From Narcine bancroftii (Eukaryota): a DNA stretch of 64,000 bases. The first letter of the stretch is position 1. Every line of letters begins with the position of its first letter. The DNA lies in assembly GCF_036971445.1 (NCBI RefSeq), contig NC_091471.1, positions 194,618,001-194,682,000 on the forward strand, read 5' to 3'. The position numbers were made by a program, and so were the translations under genes. Below, in pieces: positions 35,727 through 48,275 of this stretch. A model generated the notes under the pieces. That model saw only the letters and a program-made list of their open reading frames with translations, searched no databases and was not told where the DNA came from.

Positions 35727-37729
35727 TTTCCTGGTAACCTCCTAAGAAAAACTCATCAGATTGATTAAACACAACCAAGCACATACTATCCCTAATTAAT
35801 CCTTGGCTATCCAAATAATTATATGTCCAATGTCTAAGAGCACTTTCCAATGATTTATGTACTACTGATATTAGGCTCACTGTCCTATCATTGAGGGTAA
35901 CTTTTGGAGTTTTTTAAACAATGGAACAGCATGAGCTGTCCTCTAATCCTCTGGCGCCATACCTGTGGCTAAGAACATTTTAAGTATTTCTGCCAGAGCT
36001 CCTGCAATTTCTACACTAACCTCCCTCAAGATCCAAGGGAGTATCTTGTCAGGCCCTGGGGATTTCTCCACCCTTATTTACTTTAAGACGGCAAGACTTT
36101 AGTCTGTATAGGTTCCATGATCTCGCAGCTTGTTTTCTAACTTCCCTTGACCCTGTGCCAGTTTCCTGAGTAAATACTGTTAGAAGTCCAGAGGACCCCA
36201 AAACCAGCAGCAATGAAAATATGTGGAAAGTTAAACTCCTACTTTTGCAAACGTGTTTCCTGAAGCTGTCTGCGGTCTCTCTACAGATTTGCTCCTCCAA
36301 TTCTCGTTGACTATTGGGCCGTCTATAATACAAACCCATATGAATGTGTTCATATCTTTCCCGTTCCTCAGCTCTATCCACCTAGCCTCAGTAGACGAGC
36401 CTTCTGGTCTTTCCTGCCTGAGCACAGTTGTGTTATTTTCTATGATGATCTTCCTCCTTTCATCCTCCCACTCTATCATGTCTGAAAGAACAGAAGCTCA
36501 AAACTTGAGCTACCATCCCTGCCCTTCCTGCAACCAAGTTTCACTAATTGCCACAATGTCATAATTTTACATGCCAATCCACGTTTGAAGCTCATCTGCC
36601 TTTCTTACAGTACTTCTTGCATTAAAATAGATGGACCTGAGAACATTTCCACCAGGTACAATCCTTTGACTTCTGACGTTGCATGCAATTTTCACATCTT
36701 TCCCTTCTCCCACTCCCTTATCTGCTCTGGAACTCTGGTTCCCAATCCCCTGCAAATCTAGTTTGTGCACCTCTGGAGCAGCACTAGTGAACCCTCCCGC
36801 AGAAACATTAGTCCCCTTCCAGTTCACATGCAAGCTGCCCAGTTGTAATAGGTCCCACCTTCCCTAGAATAGAGAATCCAGAAACCTAAAGCTCTCCCTC
36901 CTGCACCATGACTTTAGCTATATGTTAAGCAGCATTATCTTCCTATTACTAACTCCACTAGCACATGATGGGTAGCAACTTGAGATCACAAGCTGGAGGT
37001 CCTGACATTCAACTTTGTGCCCAACTTCCTGAACTTTCTTTGCTGGGCCTCATCACTTTTCCTACCCATGTCATTGGTCCCTACATGGACCACAACATCT
37101 AGCTGTTCACCCTCCCTCCTGAGAATGCTGTGAAGACTATCTGAGATATCTCAGACTCTGGCACCAGGGAGGCAATGTACCATCCAGGATTCTCGATCAC
37201 TTCCATAGAACCTCTTGTCTGTTCCCCTAACTATGGAATCAATCCCCTATCACTACAGCTCTCCTCCTCTCTTCCCTTGGCTACAAGTGCAGACTCTGTG
37301 TTGGAGAGCTGATCGCCATGGCTTGTCCATGGTAGGTCATTTTTCCCACCCCCTCCCACCCAAAGTATGTGTGCAAAATGGTATACTTGCTATTGAGGGG
37401 AATGTAGACACAGGGTGCTCTGCACTGACTACCTGTTCCCTTTCCCTCTCCTAACTGTCACCCAGCTACCTTCCACCTGCCTCCTGGTGTGATTCTGTGC
37501 ATGTAACTCTTGCCTATAACCCCCTCATCTTCCCGAATGATCTGGAGTTCATCCAGATCCAATTCCTTAACACATTTTGTAAAGAGCTGCAGCTGGAGGC
37601 ACTTTTCACCGATGAAGTTGTCAGGTATACTGCTGGCTCCCTGACTACCCACATTCTGCAAGAGGAGCATTCCGCTGCCTTGGCTGCCACTCCCATTGCC
37701 TTTGACTAGAGGAAAAAGTATATAAGATA

Positions 37730-38339
37730 CCGTAAATATTCGAATATAATGCAAAAATATTTTCCCCCAATATCCCCTCAAAAATAGGGGGGGGGGGTCG
37801 CATTATACTCGAGAATAAAAAAAAAAATTTTTTAAATTTTGCAGGGGAGCGGGCACAGTAGACGGCAGCGCGACTCATGCGGCCGAGGGGAGGGGGTCGT
37901 GAGAGACAACAGCGCGACTCGGGCGGGTGAGGGGAGGGGGGTCGTGAGAGACAACAGCGTGACTCGGGCGGGCGAGGGAAGGGGGTCGTGAGAGACGGCA
38001 GCACGACTCGGGCAGGCGAGGGGAGGGGGGTCGTGAGAGACGCCAGCGTGACTCGGGCAAGGGGAGGAGGGTCATGAGAGACAGCAGCGTGACTCGGGCA
38101 GGGGAGGGGGTTCGTGAGAGATGCCAGCATGACTCGGATGGGGGAGGGGAGGGTGTTCGTGAGCGACGGCAGCGCGACTCGGGCGGGCGGGCAAGCGGCC
38201 GGAGAGAGGCAGCGTGACTCAGGCAGATGAGGGGAGGGGGGTTCGTATTATACACGGGGGTAAAAAATTTACCCCTTTTTCCCTTCAAAAATGGGGGGTT
38301 GCATTATACACGGGTCTCATTATACACGAATATTTACGG
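37730..38339. mobile_element. Tc1/mariner-superfamily (Tc2/pogo-like) MITE carrying a GC-rich minisatellite
   Basis: TA|CCGTAAATATTCG...CGAATATTTACGG|TA, with subterminal aaaaat.ggggg..gcattatac repeats. Confidence 0.85.
37860..38245. repeat. GC-rich minisatellite, unit about 42-46 bp, about 9 copies
   Basis: Repeated gagagac.gcagcg.gactcgggc.gg.gaggggaggggggtcgt. Confidence 0.9.
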
Positions 38340-38796
38340 TAAATATAACCTGCCCTTACCTGTGCCTACCTGCTGCATCCTTTTTGTTCCCCGAATAGGG
38401 GGCCTTTGCTTACGTCAATTCCTGCACCACCACCTCAGTCTCTTCTTGCCGAAACCTTTTGAGTCAAAGCCTTCTGACTCAGGCCACTCTGGCGATTACC
38501 TACTTTCTTGATGACTCAGAAATTGGAGGATTAACTTCTTCCATTCCAGTCTCCAACCTGACAGTATCAATATTGACCTCCCAAGTTCTGATAACCCTCT
38601 CCTCCAGTCTGTCTCTCTCTCTATTCCCACCCCTCCTTCTCCTTTCCTCCAGCACCCCATCCTTTTCTTCTATCGGAGAAACTAACTTTCTCAGCCCACC
38701 ACCTTCTTATGGCATCTGCTGGATTTTCAACACTTCTGAAGAACAACTCTGGCCTTTTGCTTTCTTTGGAGGCTAAGTGACCTGAGTTTCTCCAGG

Positions 38797-39040
38797 GTGG
38801 CATGGTTAGTATAGCAGATAGCGCCACTCTATTACAATACCAGTAACAGGGGTTCATATCTGGTGCTGTCTATGAAGAGTTTGTATGTTCTTTCTATGAC
38901 TGCATGGGTTTCCTCTGGATGCTCCAGTTTCCTCCCACCATTCACAACATATAGGGAGTTGTAGGGCAATGGGTGCAATTGTGCAGGATGGGCTCATGGG
39001 CTGAAAGGGCCTGTTACCGTGCTATATGTTTAAATTTAAT
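38797..39040 (+). mobile_element. tRNA-derived V-SINE (HE1-like)
   Basis: Head ggtggcatggttag...ggggttcatatct, V-domain gcatgggtttcctctggatgctccagtttcctcccac, and CR1-like tail gggctgaaagggcctgtt. Confidence 0.75.
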
Positions 39041-39477
39041 TTTTTTATTTTTGTGTACTGCGTTAGACTACAGTATCGAGATTTTTTTGTGTACCTGAAA
39101 TAATAAATTCCTTCACTAGAGGTCACTGTTGAGAAATGTCTGAACAGAACCTGAAGCAGCAGATTATTGAACCACTTTTTTGTGAGGATGTGGTTATAAG
39201 GCAATGCAATATCATATTTGTAATTTCCTTATTCCTATTGCATGGTTATGGAATCTATTTCTATACTATGAAACTTATCACTATGAATTTGAAGCCTCTA
39301 ATTTCAATAAGGAACATCGGATGCAATAAACATACTCATTTTTATATTTTCACGAAAACTGACTTTGAAGTTGACTCTTCTCTTGTTTGCCCTTTCCATA
39401 GGACTGTGCATAAGTAAAAGTATCTCTGAGCAGAACGTGACCTAAAATTAACCACCACTCTGTTTCTTTTCTTACAG

Positions 39478-39504
39478 TTTGAGAATTTGGTGGAGAGTGA
39501 TGAG
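39478..39504 (+). CDS. AP1AR: AP1AR/gadkin-family microexon (27 nt), encodes FENLVESDE
   Basis: Pyrimidine-rich acceptor tttcttttcttacag and donor gtatga. The peptide matches the FENLVESDE segment of gadkin as I recall it. Confidence 0.92.
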
Positions 39505-40500
39505 GTATGATTGCACAAGCTGTTTTGGGAAAGTTACTGAAGTATATTTATGGCTCATTATGCAATTGTATCACAGTTATGTTCGCAGCAGACTTGAAAT
39601 CGCCATGCTACATGGTCCAATGCTACATTTGAAGACAGGCAAAAGATCACAACCTGCGAAATGGCGAAGGAATTGTTTTGACTTTGTGCCAGATTTTGGT
39701 ATTTAAGAATCAGTATGTGGATAATCCATGTTTCTACCTTTTTCTTTCTCTTACTATCCGGGGCATTGGGCAATGCTAATGGCGACCCTTTGCCTCGCGG
39801 CAAGCAAAAGAACATTTTGTGCAAAATATGACCTTTTTTGTATCATTACATGACAATAAAAGGAATCCTAAATGTTAAATCCGGCCATCTTTTAAGTACA
39901 AAGAGGAAGATCATTTTGATTTTTTTTTTAACTTGCATGTGCAAGTTGTTTAGAAATATTTACTGGTTGTGAAATAACCCATTGCCATCATCTTCCAAGA
40001 TAACTACTGTCTTTCACTAATCTATATGCAATTGCATATAAAACATATGGCATTGATAAGGTATCTGATAATTGATAAATCTACTTTGATATCATGAATA
40101 CCAAAATAATAATCAATTCCAAAATGTCCTTGATTTTAAATAAATGTGGTTTCCTTTGCTAGTTTGTCATGTGATTGGAAAGTTAGCTCTTAAATCTTGC
40201 ATTTAAAAAATGTAAAATTATGCATCCTGAAGATCAATCTTGTAGAAATATGACAAATAGCTATTAAGTTGTTTTAGGTCGTCAAAGTTTACTCTCCTAA
40301 TTAATAAATATTCTGTCTTCAGTTAACATTAAATAATAATAAATTTTAAAATTTTCATACCATAGTTTTGATCAAGGCTAGCTGCTACTGAAATAGAAAG
40401 AAGTTGGTGCCAATGGCTGCAAGGCCAAAAATGGCCAAAAAGTGCTTAGACAGTTAAAAGTATTTTTTTAAGTATGATGTCTTAATTTTTGTTTTTACAG

Positions 40501-40526
40501 ACTGAAAGTCCAGGATCCAACCAGAG
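40501..40526 (+). CDS. AP1AR: AP1AR/gadkin-family microexon (26 nt), encodes TESPGSNQ(R)
   Basis: Acceptor tttttgtttttacag and donor gtaaga. Resembles gadkin GESPGSSHR; its phase-2 end fits the next exon. Confidence 0.88.
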
Positions 40527-40740
40527 GTAAGAAGCTTACCTTTGCTGTATAAAATATGCCCTGTATGTAGTGCCAATCAGGTGATCCACAAAAAAAATCT
40601 GGCGTGAGAGAACTCAGATTTTAAAGTATTTATTTTACTTTAAATTATGGGATAAAGCTTTGATTCCTGGTAACAGCTGCCTACAAAAAAAAATCACAGC
40701 TACCATGTCATGGTCCAGCTAGCTACTGGAAAGTATGTTG

Positions 40741-41598
40741 TGTGACAGAATATATAGAGGTGTTTGGGAGATAAATTGGGAAAGGTTTGTTAGAGCAGGT
40801 CACACATAATCACTTTAAAACACAGAATTTTTGCAGGAGCTTTTGTAAGAGTGCTCATGATGGACTGTCATTTGCAGAAGGAAACAAATGTAACATCAAG
40901 CAGTAGCAGCTTCGTTTGGAAAAGAGCATTGATGTCTGGGAGGTCATGTGATCTTTGCAAGCAGAGAGCAGAAGAAAATAGGTTTTGCTCTCAGAGAGGA
41001 GGGAGAGAGACATAGACATCGGTTCCAGAGGGACAAGCTGGCAAGCTTTGGAAGACGGCCTGGTCAAAGGAGAGTACTGGCTGTCCGGTGTTTCCCTTGG
41101 AATAGGAGAAGCCGAAAGGAACTATGTGGTGACCTGAAAGAAAGAGGTTATCATCTGGAGAACCCTGAAGGGGGCAAGTTTTGTCAGCAAGACACTGGAG
41201 TGGCTGATTAAAAGGGAATCTGTTGAGAATGTCCTGGAGCAAGAGAAACTCTCTCTGAAAACCAACAAGAACTTTCTGAGTGGTAACCATTTACCTGTTC
41301 AGCACCAAAGCCTGGTAAACTTTATTGTTGTTAACTTCTGTGCACAGTACAAGAATTGCCTGCAACCAGTGAGATTGGACTGTGAACCAAAGAACTTTGC
41401 TGAACTTGCACACACATGCACTTAGAATTAGACAGGGGGTGGGTGTGGGGGGAGGTCAAGTGAGTCAATAGAGATAAGTTAAAGTTTGATTCTATTTCCA
41501 TATTCAAAGATAATTAAAGGCAACTTTTGTTTAAGTAACTCTTTGTCGTGGTGCACATCTATTGCTGCTGGGTTTTGGGGTCCTCCGGACTCGTAACA
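40741..41598 (+). mobile_element. Solo LTR (858 bp)
   Basis: Ends TGTGAC...GTAACA, with a 4-bp TSD gttg at 40737-40740 and 41599-41602. Orientation is tentative. Confidence 0.8.
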
Positions 41599-41817
41599 GT
41601 TGGCTTTTGAAGAACAATTTCTGTGATGGCAACAATGCACCAGCACAAAAACTGTATAGAGAGAAAGATGGTGATTGGGTTTGTGGTGAAGAACTTCATG
41701 CCCCACAAAAAAAATTATCAACAATATGAACAATTTTTGTTGTGATGTTTATTGTAATAACTATGGTGTTTCTGATGTCTGTCAGTTGCCACAGTCTTTG
41801 CGGTTCCAATTTTGCAG

Positions 41818-41914
41818 ACCAATTAATGAAGATGAAGTTGAAATCCTTCACAAAAAACAGTATGATACACTTACTCAGAAGCAAGTGGCAGTGGACACAC
41901 AGCTCCAGACTGAG
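41818..41914 (+). CDS. AP1AR: AP1AR/gadkin-family exon (97 nt), encodes (R)PINEDEVEILHKKQYDTLTQKQVAVDTQLQTE
   Basis: Acceptor ttttgcag and donor gtacaa. 1+32x3 nt keeps the frame. Aligns by eye to gadkin PLTEEEIVDLRERHYDSIAEKQKDLDKKIQKE. Confidence 0.85.
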
Positions 41915-42684
41915 GTACAATGCAGATAATTTAGTTTGCTCTTTTGAATTTTAATGTTAAAATAATGTTCTGACAGCTGCTGGATTTCAAAATACATATA
42001 CTGAAAATTGTATTAGATTGTATAGTGAGCTGTTCTACTTTGCATTGTAATCTCTCTTGTCCATAAATAATATTCTAAAAGCAGAAGTGTCCAGTTGCAT
42101 CATTTGCAATATCGCGTTTCCTCTGTTCATTTTGCTTAGAATATTAAAAAAATGAGGAACCTTTGATTGATTTTCCATAAAAGCCAAAGCAAACCTACTT
42201 TTACGAGGAGGAAATTTTGTTCTCTAATTTATCTGTCGACAGTATGGGCAATTCTATGCACTTTGTAGCATCCACCCATTCTAAAATTAACAGGGATGTC
42301 TACTTCAGGTGGGAGACCTATTTTGGAATGTTGCACATGAGTTTTAATTCCTGTTTTGTTTGATGTTTAAGACTTGATATACTATTGCCAAGTGTTAGTA
42401 ATTCTGATGTAAAAAAAAAGTAATCATTCAAGGGCCAATAAGTGTTTAATTGCAAAAAATTTATCTGGTTTAAATTAAATACCATGTTAGCCTTCTGTGG
42501 ATTACAAGAGAAAGATGTATTCATGCACTTTATTCTCTATTACTTCTGTGGCAATATTTTTAGAAATAATTTTATTGGCCCATTTGTATAATGCATATAT
42601 GCTCAAGGTAGTTGAATATACTTGGGAATCAGTTGTAATATCACAAATGGGTATTTGAAAAATATTAGAGATCATAGAAAATTG

Positions 42685-45600
42685 TGTGGCGGCGCACATC
42701 CTCATGACGAACTGGCCCCGCTTGTAACGCCACTCTGACTCCAGCATCCCTTCCAGTGCCCACCCTGGGCAGTGATTATGATGTCACAATGCACCAGGTG
42801 ACTGAGGTCATGCTGCCCTTATAGGGGCATGCTGAATTTGAATAAAAGCAGTCATTAACGACCATCAGCATGGTGGCTGTGTTTGTTTCTTCCACTGCTG
42901 ACACCCCCACAGTGGTGTCCCCGACGAGCCCAGACGTTTTTCAAGACACAAAACACCTTCAGAGATTAATGCTGTCTCCATCAAGCTTTCTTTCCCCCCC
43001 CCCCCACCCCTTTTTGGACCCACCGACCAAGAACGTGGTTCGGGCAGGCCACAATTTCAACTCTGCAACATCTCCTCAGACGCCACGATGTTCTATCATG
43101 TTATCAGTGCTCTGGGCCAAGATACAGCAGTGAGGGTGGACGACATCATCCACCACCAGTGCTGGGGAGCAAGTACATCGCCCTCAAAGACCTGCTGCTT
43201 GGAACTTATGGGCTAACTCCCCAGCAACGGGCTTCCAGGCTTCTTCATCTAGATGGTCTTGGGGACCGTAGTCCGTCGGCCCTGGCGGAAGACCACAAGC
43301 CTTGTTTCTCTTCTGCCAGATATTCCTGGAACAGATGCTGGAGGACATCCAGTTGCTCCTCACAGATGAGGACTTCTCAATCCCGAGGAGAGCAGCAGCC
43401 CATGCGGATGCCCTCTGGCGCACGGAGGGAGAACGAGACAGCCCTCAACCAGGTGGCACGATCAGGAGCCAGCCAACCTCAAGCCGTTACCAAGACCAAG
43501 CCAGAGGATGGTCAGTCAACCTGGTGTTTCCACCACCAGTGCTGGGGAGCACAAGCCCGTAAGTGCCGCCAGCCCTGAGGGTTTCAGGGAAATGACCAGG
43601 CCAGCCCCCATTAATGGTTGCAACGGCTGGCCACACAAACAGCCTCCTTCATGTGATGGACAGATCCACTGGCCAGCAATTCCTGGTGAACACAGGCTGA
43701 GCTCAGCGTCCTTCCCCCGCCCACCCCACATAGTATTAGAGACTCACACCCGATCTCGAGGTCCAACCCTGTAGGCGGCCAATGGCTCCACCATTTGGAC
43801 CTATGGCACCCGCAGGGTACAGATCCAGATCGGGAAGGAAAAGTTCCACTGGAGGTTTGTCCTAGCCTCCGTGGGCACTGTGCTGTCAGGGGCCAACTTC
43901 CTCACAGCTCATGGCCTACAGGTTGACATGAAGGGCAAAAGGCTGGTCAACACCCGAATGTTCCAATCCACTTGACTGGACGCAGCAGAAGCCCGTAGGC
44001 CCGAAATCGCCACTTTAGCCGCCGCCAGGGACGAGTTCGATGAGATCCTCCACGAATTCTCCGCCATCTTAGAGCCACGATTCAAAGCCACCCTGCCCCA
44101 GCATGGGGTCTTCCACCACATTGCCACACAGGACCCGCCCACTACATGCTAGACCCAGACTGCTGCCGCCCAAGAAGCTCCAGCAGGCAAAGGAGGAGTT
44201 CTCCAGGCTCCAGAAACTGGGAATTGTCCGGTGCTCGGTCAGCGCCTGGGCATCGCCGCTCCATATGGTCCATCGGTTGAATGACACAACCACCCCCAAC
44301 AAGTACCCAGTGCCCCACATACAGGACTTCTCCGCCAACCTCCATGGCACATGGGTCTTCTCTAAAGTGGACCTCGTGTGGGGATACCATCAGATCCCGG
44401 TGCATCCAGATGACGTGGGTAAGACGGCCATTATCACCCCTTTCAGCCTCTTTGAGTTCCTGAGTATGCCCTTCGGTTTAAAGGACGCAACCTAAACTTT
44501 CCAACGCCTCATGGACGCAGTTGGATAAGACCTGGACTTTGTGTTCATTTACCTGGATGATATTCTCATTGCCAGTTGCAACCGCTACGAACACAAAGCC
44601 CACCTCCGCACATTCTTTGCCCGGCTGGCACACTTCGGCCTCACGGTCAATGCAGCCAAATGACAGTTCGGCAAGGAGTCCCTCCAGTTCCTGGGGCACA
44701 CCATTTCGGCAGCTGGGGTCTCACCGGCACCGGAGAAGGTAGCGGTTGTTCAACGATTCTCCAAACCCTCCACCCTGTAAGGCCTCCAAGAGTTTGCAGG
44801 GATGGTGAACTTTTACCATAGTTTCATCCCCAGAGCCGTGCACACCATGCACCCATTGTTCACGCTCATGGCCATCAAAGATAATACTTTATCGTGGTCA
44901 GAGGCGGCAGATGGGGCTTTCATCACGACAAAGGAGGCTGTAGCCAGCACCATGCTGCTGGTGCACCCGCAGCTGGAGGCCCACATGGCGCTCTTCATGA
45001 ACACCTCAGCTACGGCAGTGGTGGGGGGGGTGGTTCTGGAACAGTGGCTCGATGGGCAATGGCATCCACTGGCCTTTTTCAGCAAGCAGCTGCGCCTGCT
45101 GGAGCTCAAATACAGCGCTTTCGACCGGGAGCTCCTGGCGCTATATTTGGCCATCTGCCATTTCCGCTACTTCCTCGAGGGCAAGACGTTCACAGCCTTC
45201 ACGGATCACGTCACAAGCCCCTCACTCAAGCACTGGCGATGGCCAAGGATCTGTGGTCCACCAGACAGCAGCGCCATCTCTAGTACAAGTTCATGACCGT
45301 CATCTGACACAGGGCCAGCAAGGACAATGTAGTGGCGGATGCACTCTCCTGTCCAGCTATCAACACACTCGCGCCAGGCCTGGATTACGAGCCACTGAGG
45401 AACGATGCGGAGATGCAGGCCTTGCGGACCGCCACCTTGGGCCTCAACACATTGCTCAACAACGTCTCAACAGGCACACTGCGCCCGGTGGTCGCGCCGC
45501 ACTGGAGGGCAAAGGTCTTCAGTCTGATCCACTATCTCACTCACCCAGCGATAGACAACTGTGCGGATGGTCGCAGAGTGGTTTGTGTGGCATGGGCTGA

Positions 45601-46800
45601 AGAAGGAGGTGGCAGAACTGGCCAGGAACTGTACCAGGTGCCAGACTTCCAAGGTCCAGTGACACATACAAGCCCTCATCCAGAACTTCGACCCGGCATT
45701 TCACAAATTCCAACACATCCATTTTGATGTCGTCAGGCCCCTGCCGGTGTCCAAGGAGGCTCATTACCTCCTCACGGTGGTGAATCAGGCCACAAGATGG
45801 CCGGAGGCCATCCCGATTAAGGAGGCCTCCACAGAGAGGTGCACTAGGACTCTGATCAACCATTGGATTGCCCGTTTCAGGGTCCCGGCACACATCACTA
45901 GCGACAGAGGGACGCAGTTCATGTCTGCCCTTTGGACTCAGATGGCGAAGTTCCTGGGGGGGGGTCAAGCTCCACCACACCATAGCATACCACCTGCAGT
46001 CCAACGGGTTGATGGAGAGGTTCCACAGGCACCTGGCCTCACTTATGGCCAGGCTCTTTGGACCAGACTCGGCGGACGAACTACCCTGGGTCCTCCTCGG
46101 GATCAGGACAACACCCAAGGAGGACCTGCAGGCTTCAGCAGCGGAGATGGTCAATGGCGCACCACTCTCCCTGCTGGGAGAGGTTTTCAGCCCAGACTCT
46201 GACACCATGGCCACCGACAAAAACCTGCTGGCGGACCTACTCAGGTGACTGGCCTCCCTAGCTCCTCCACCCCCGGTATGCCACAGCACCTGGTTGTTTC
46301 ATCTCCCCAAAGAGCTCGACTCGGCCCAGTTCATTTTCGTGAGGAGGGGACCACAAGGTGCACCGCTACAGCGACCATACGAGGGGCCATACAACATTCT
46401 GCACCGGTCCGGCGGAACCTTCACCCAGGACGTTGGAGGGAGAGAGGAACTTTTTACAGACTTGTCACAGCCGGTGCAGACGGCCGCGCCCAAGCATCAG
46501 GGCCAGCCGCCAAAGCGACAGGACGCGTAGCCAATTCTGGGGGGGGTTGTGTGGCGGCACACAGCCTCACGGTGAACCAGTCCCGCTTGTATTGCCACGT
46601 GGCGGGGCAGGCATGGGGAAATGGTGTCGTCAGAGGTTTCTCTCTGACTCCAGTATCCCTTCCAGCGATTTTGATGTCACAATTCACCAGGTGACTGAGC
46701 TCATGCTGCCCTTAAAGGGGCGTGCTGAATTTAAATAAAAACAGTTGTTAACGACCCTCAACATGATGACTGTGTTTCTTCCACTGCTCACACAGCCACA
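42685..46800 (+). mobile_element. Decayed full-structure Gypsy provirus
   Basis: 5' LTR at 42685-42911, PBS tggtgtccccgacg (tRNA-Trp-like), gag, protease, RT (YPVPHIQDFSANL, FIYLDDILIAS), RNase H (PLAFFSKQL, YSAFDRELLA, FTDH), integrase (TRWPEAIP, ITSDRGTQF, YH.QSNGLMERFHR, GPY), G-rich PPT and 3' LTR at 46550-46800. Many stops and frameshifts. Confidence 0.93.
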
Positions 46801-47056
46801 GGTCCTTATTTTAATTGGTTTATCATCTGAGAATTTTATGTTCAGTACATTCTCTCAGATATGTGAGATGCACTATTCTCTTAGTTGTCAGCTCCAAAGA
46901 AATATTGAGTTGAAGTATTGCATGAAGGGAGGAGTCACGTGATGGAGTAGTGGCCGGACGGTGAACTCCAGCCCTCTCCAGAAAAGTCAGAAAAAACAAA
47001 GCAAAACACAAAGGCACAGAAATAAAAATCAAAGTGAATATAAAGGTGGAAAGAAG

Positions 47057-48275
47057 ATGGCGACGAAAAAAGAAAAGTCGAAACCAACGGTAAGAAGAGA
47101 GGAAGAGAAGACAACGGAAGATGAAGGAAAAGGCCTTACCTGTTCGAAGAGGCCCGCGGTGGAGAGAGAAACCCGCTCCCTCAGGTCGGTAGAATATGGA
47201 CTACAAAAATGGCTCGCTGAGCCGAGTAAAAGTGCGCAACCGCGCATGAAAAAAACCACACCGACGGGAGGGGTGACCAGCTGGGGAGTCGATCTCCACA
47301 GCCAGCAACGACAGCTGCAGAACACCTGCAGCAAGAGGAGAACACAGAAGACAACGAAAACAAGAAAGAAGAGAAGAAAAGGGCAACAAAGAAACAACAG
47401 ATGGTCAACCCAGAGGAAGAAGAGGAGGAAGAGGAAAAGTACAGTGAAATAGAAGAAGAAGGGAAAGGCAAGATAAAGGATTTACTTTCTCTTATTAAAG
47501 AATACATGGAGTCATTTAAAGAATGGCAAGCGCAGGAATTTGATGATTTAAGAAAAAGAATAAACAATACAGAAGAGAAAATGAATAAAATAGATATGAC
47601 CTTATCAGAAATGGGAAAAAGAATGGACAAGGTGCAAGAACGAGAAGCAGCAGTAGAAATGGAGGGAGAGGACTTGAAAAAAGAAATTAGAGGAATCTAA
47701 TAAAAAAGTTAAAGAGACACAAGAACTGTTAGCTCAGAAAATAGATATAATGGAAAATTATAACAGAAGAAATAACATAAAGATAGTGGGCCTTAAGGAA
47801 GATGAAGAAGGCAAGAATATGAGAGAGTTTATAAAAGATTGGATCCCTAGGATCCTAGGATGTCCAGAACTACAGCAAGAAATGGAAATAGAAAGGGCAC
47901 AGAGCATTGGCCTTTAAACCACAATCACAACAAAAGCCAAGATCTGTTTTAGTAAAATTCCTAAGATATACTACAAGAGAAAAGGTACTGGAGAAGACAA
48001 TGGAAAAAGTAAGAGAGGGCAACAGGCCACTGGAGTACAAAGGGCAAAAAATCTTCATTTATCCAGATATAAGTTTTGAACTCCTGAAGGAGAGAAAGGA
48101 GTTCAATACAGCAAAGGCGATTTTATGGAAGAAAGGGTATAAATTTATACTAAAGCATCCAGCGGTATTGAAAATATTTATTCCAGGACAACAAAACAGA
48201 CTATTCTCGGATCCAGAGGAAGCATGAAAATTTGCAGAACAATTACAAAATAGACTGAGAGATGAAGACGTGTAA
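47057..48275 (+). pseudogene. L1 ORF1 (disrupted)
   Basis: MATKKEK start, acidic tract, coiled coil, RRNNIKIVGLKE, IERA, PRSVLVKFL and YPDISFELLKERKEF. Frameshifts and a premature TGA. Confidence 0.85.

Larger units (their letters stand above)
33330..38490 (-). mobile_element. Long, internally deleted CR1 LINE (5' UTR, ORF1, ORF2 remnants) with three nested insertions
   Basis: 3' RT remnants (IERVQRRF, ERLNRLGL, RRMRGDL.EVFKI), endonuclease start (LRSIYFNARS), and ORF1 Cys-rich start (CSSCRMW...IPDNF..EKCLQLQL). Interrupted at 33477, 35060 and 37730. Confidence 0.8.

Noticed and set aside
37860-38245. Regular repeats as a CRISPR-like array (also 61972-62464)
   Set aside because: The units are contiguous with no unique spacers, there are no cas genes, and the context is eukaryotic. 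These are minisatellites.
38797-38870. tRNA gene
   Set aside because: The decayed A/B-box-like head continues into a V-domain and a LINE tail, so it is a SINE.
39479-39706. 75-aa ORF overlapping the 27-nt exon
   Set aside because: It is in a different frame from the conserved FENLVESDE and runs into intron sequence.
47029-47630. Antisense ORFs over L1 ORF1 as an ORF0-like gene
   Set aside because: These are F/S/L-rich shadows of the purine-rich sense strand with no independent support.
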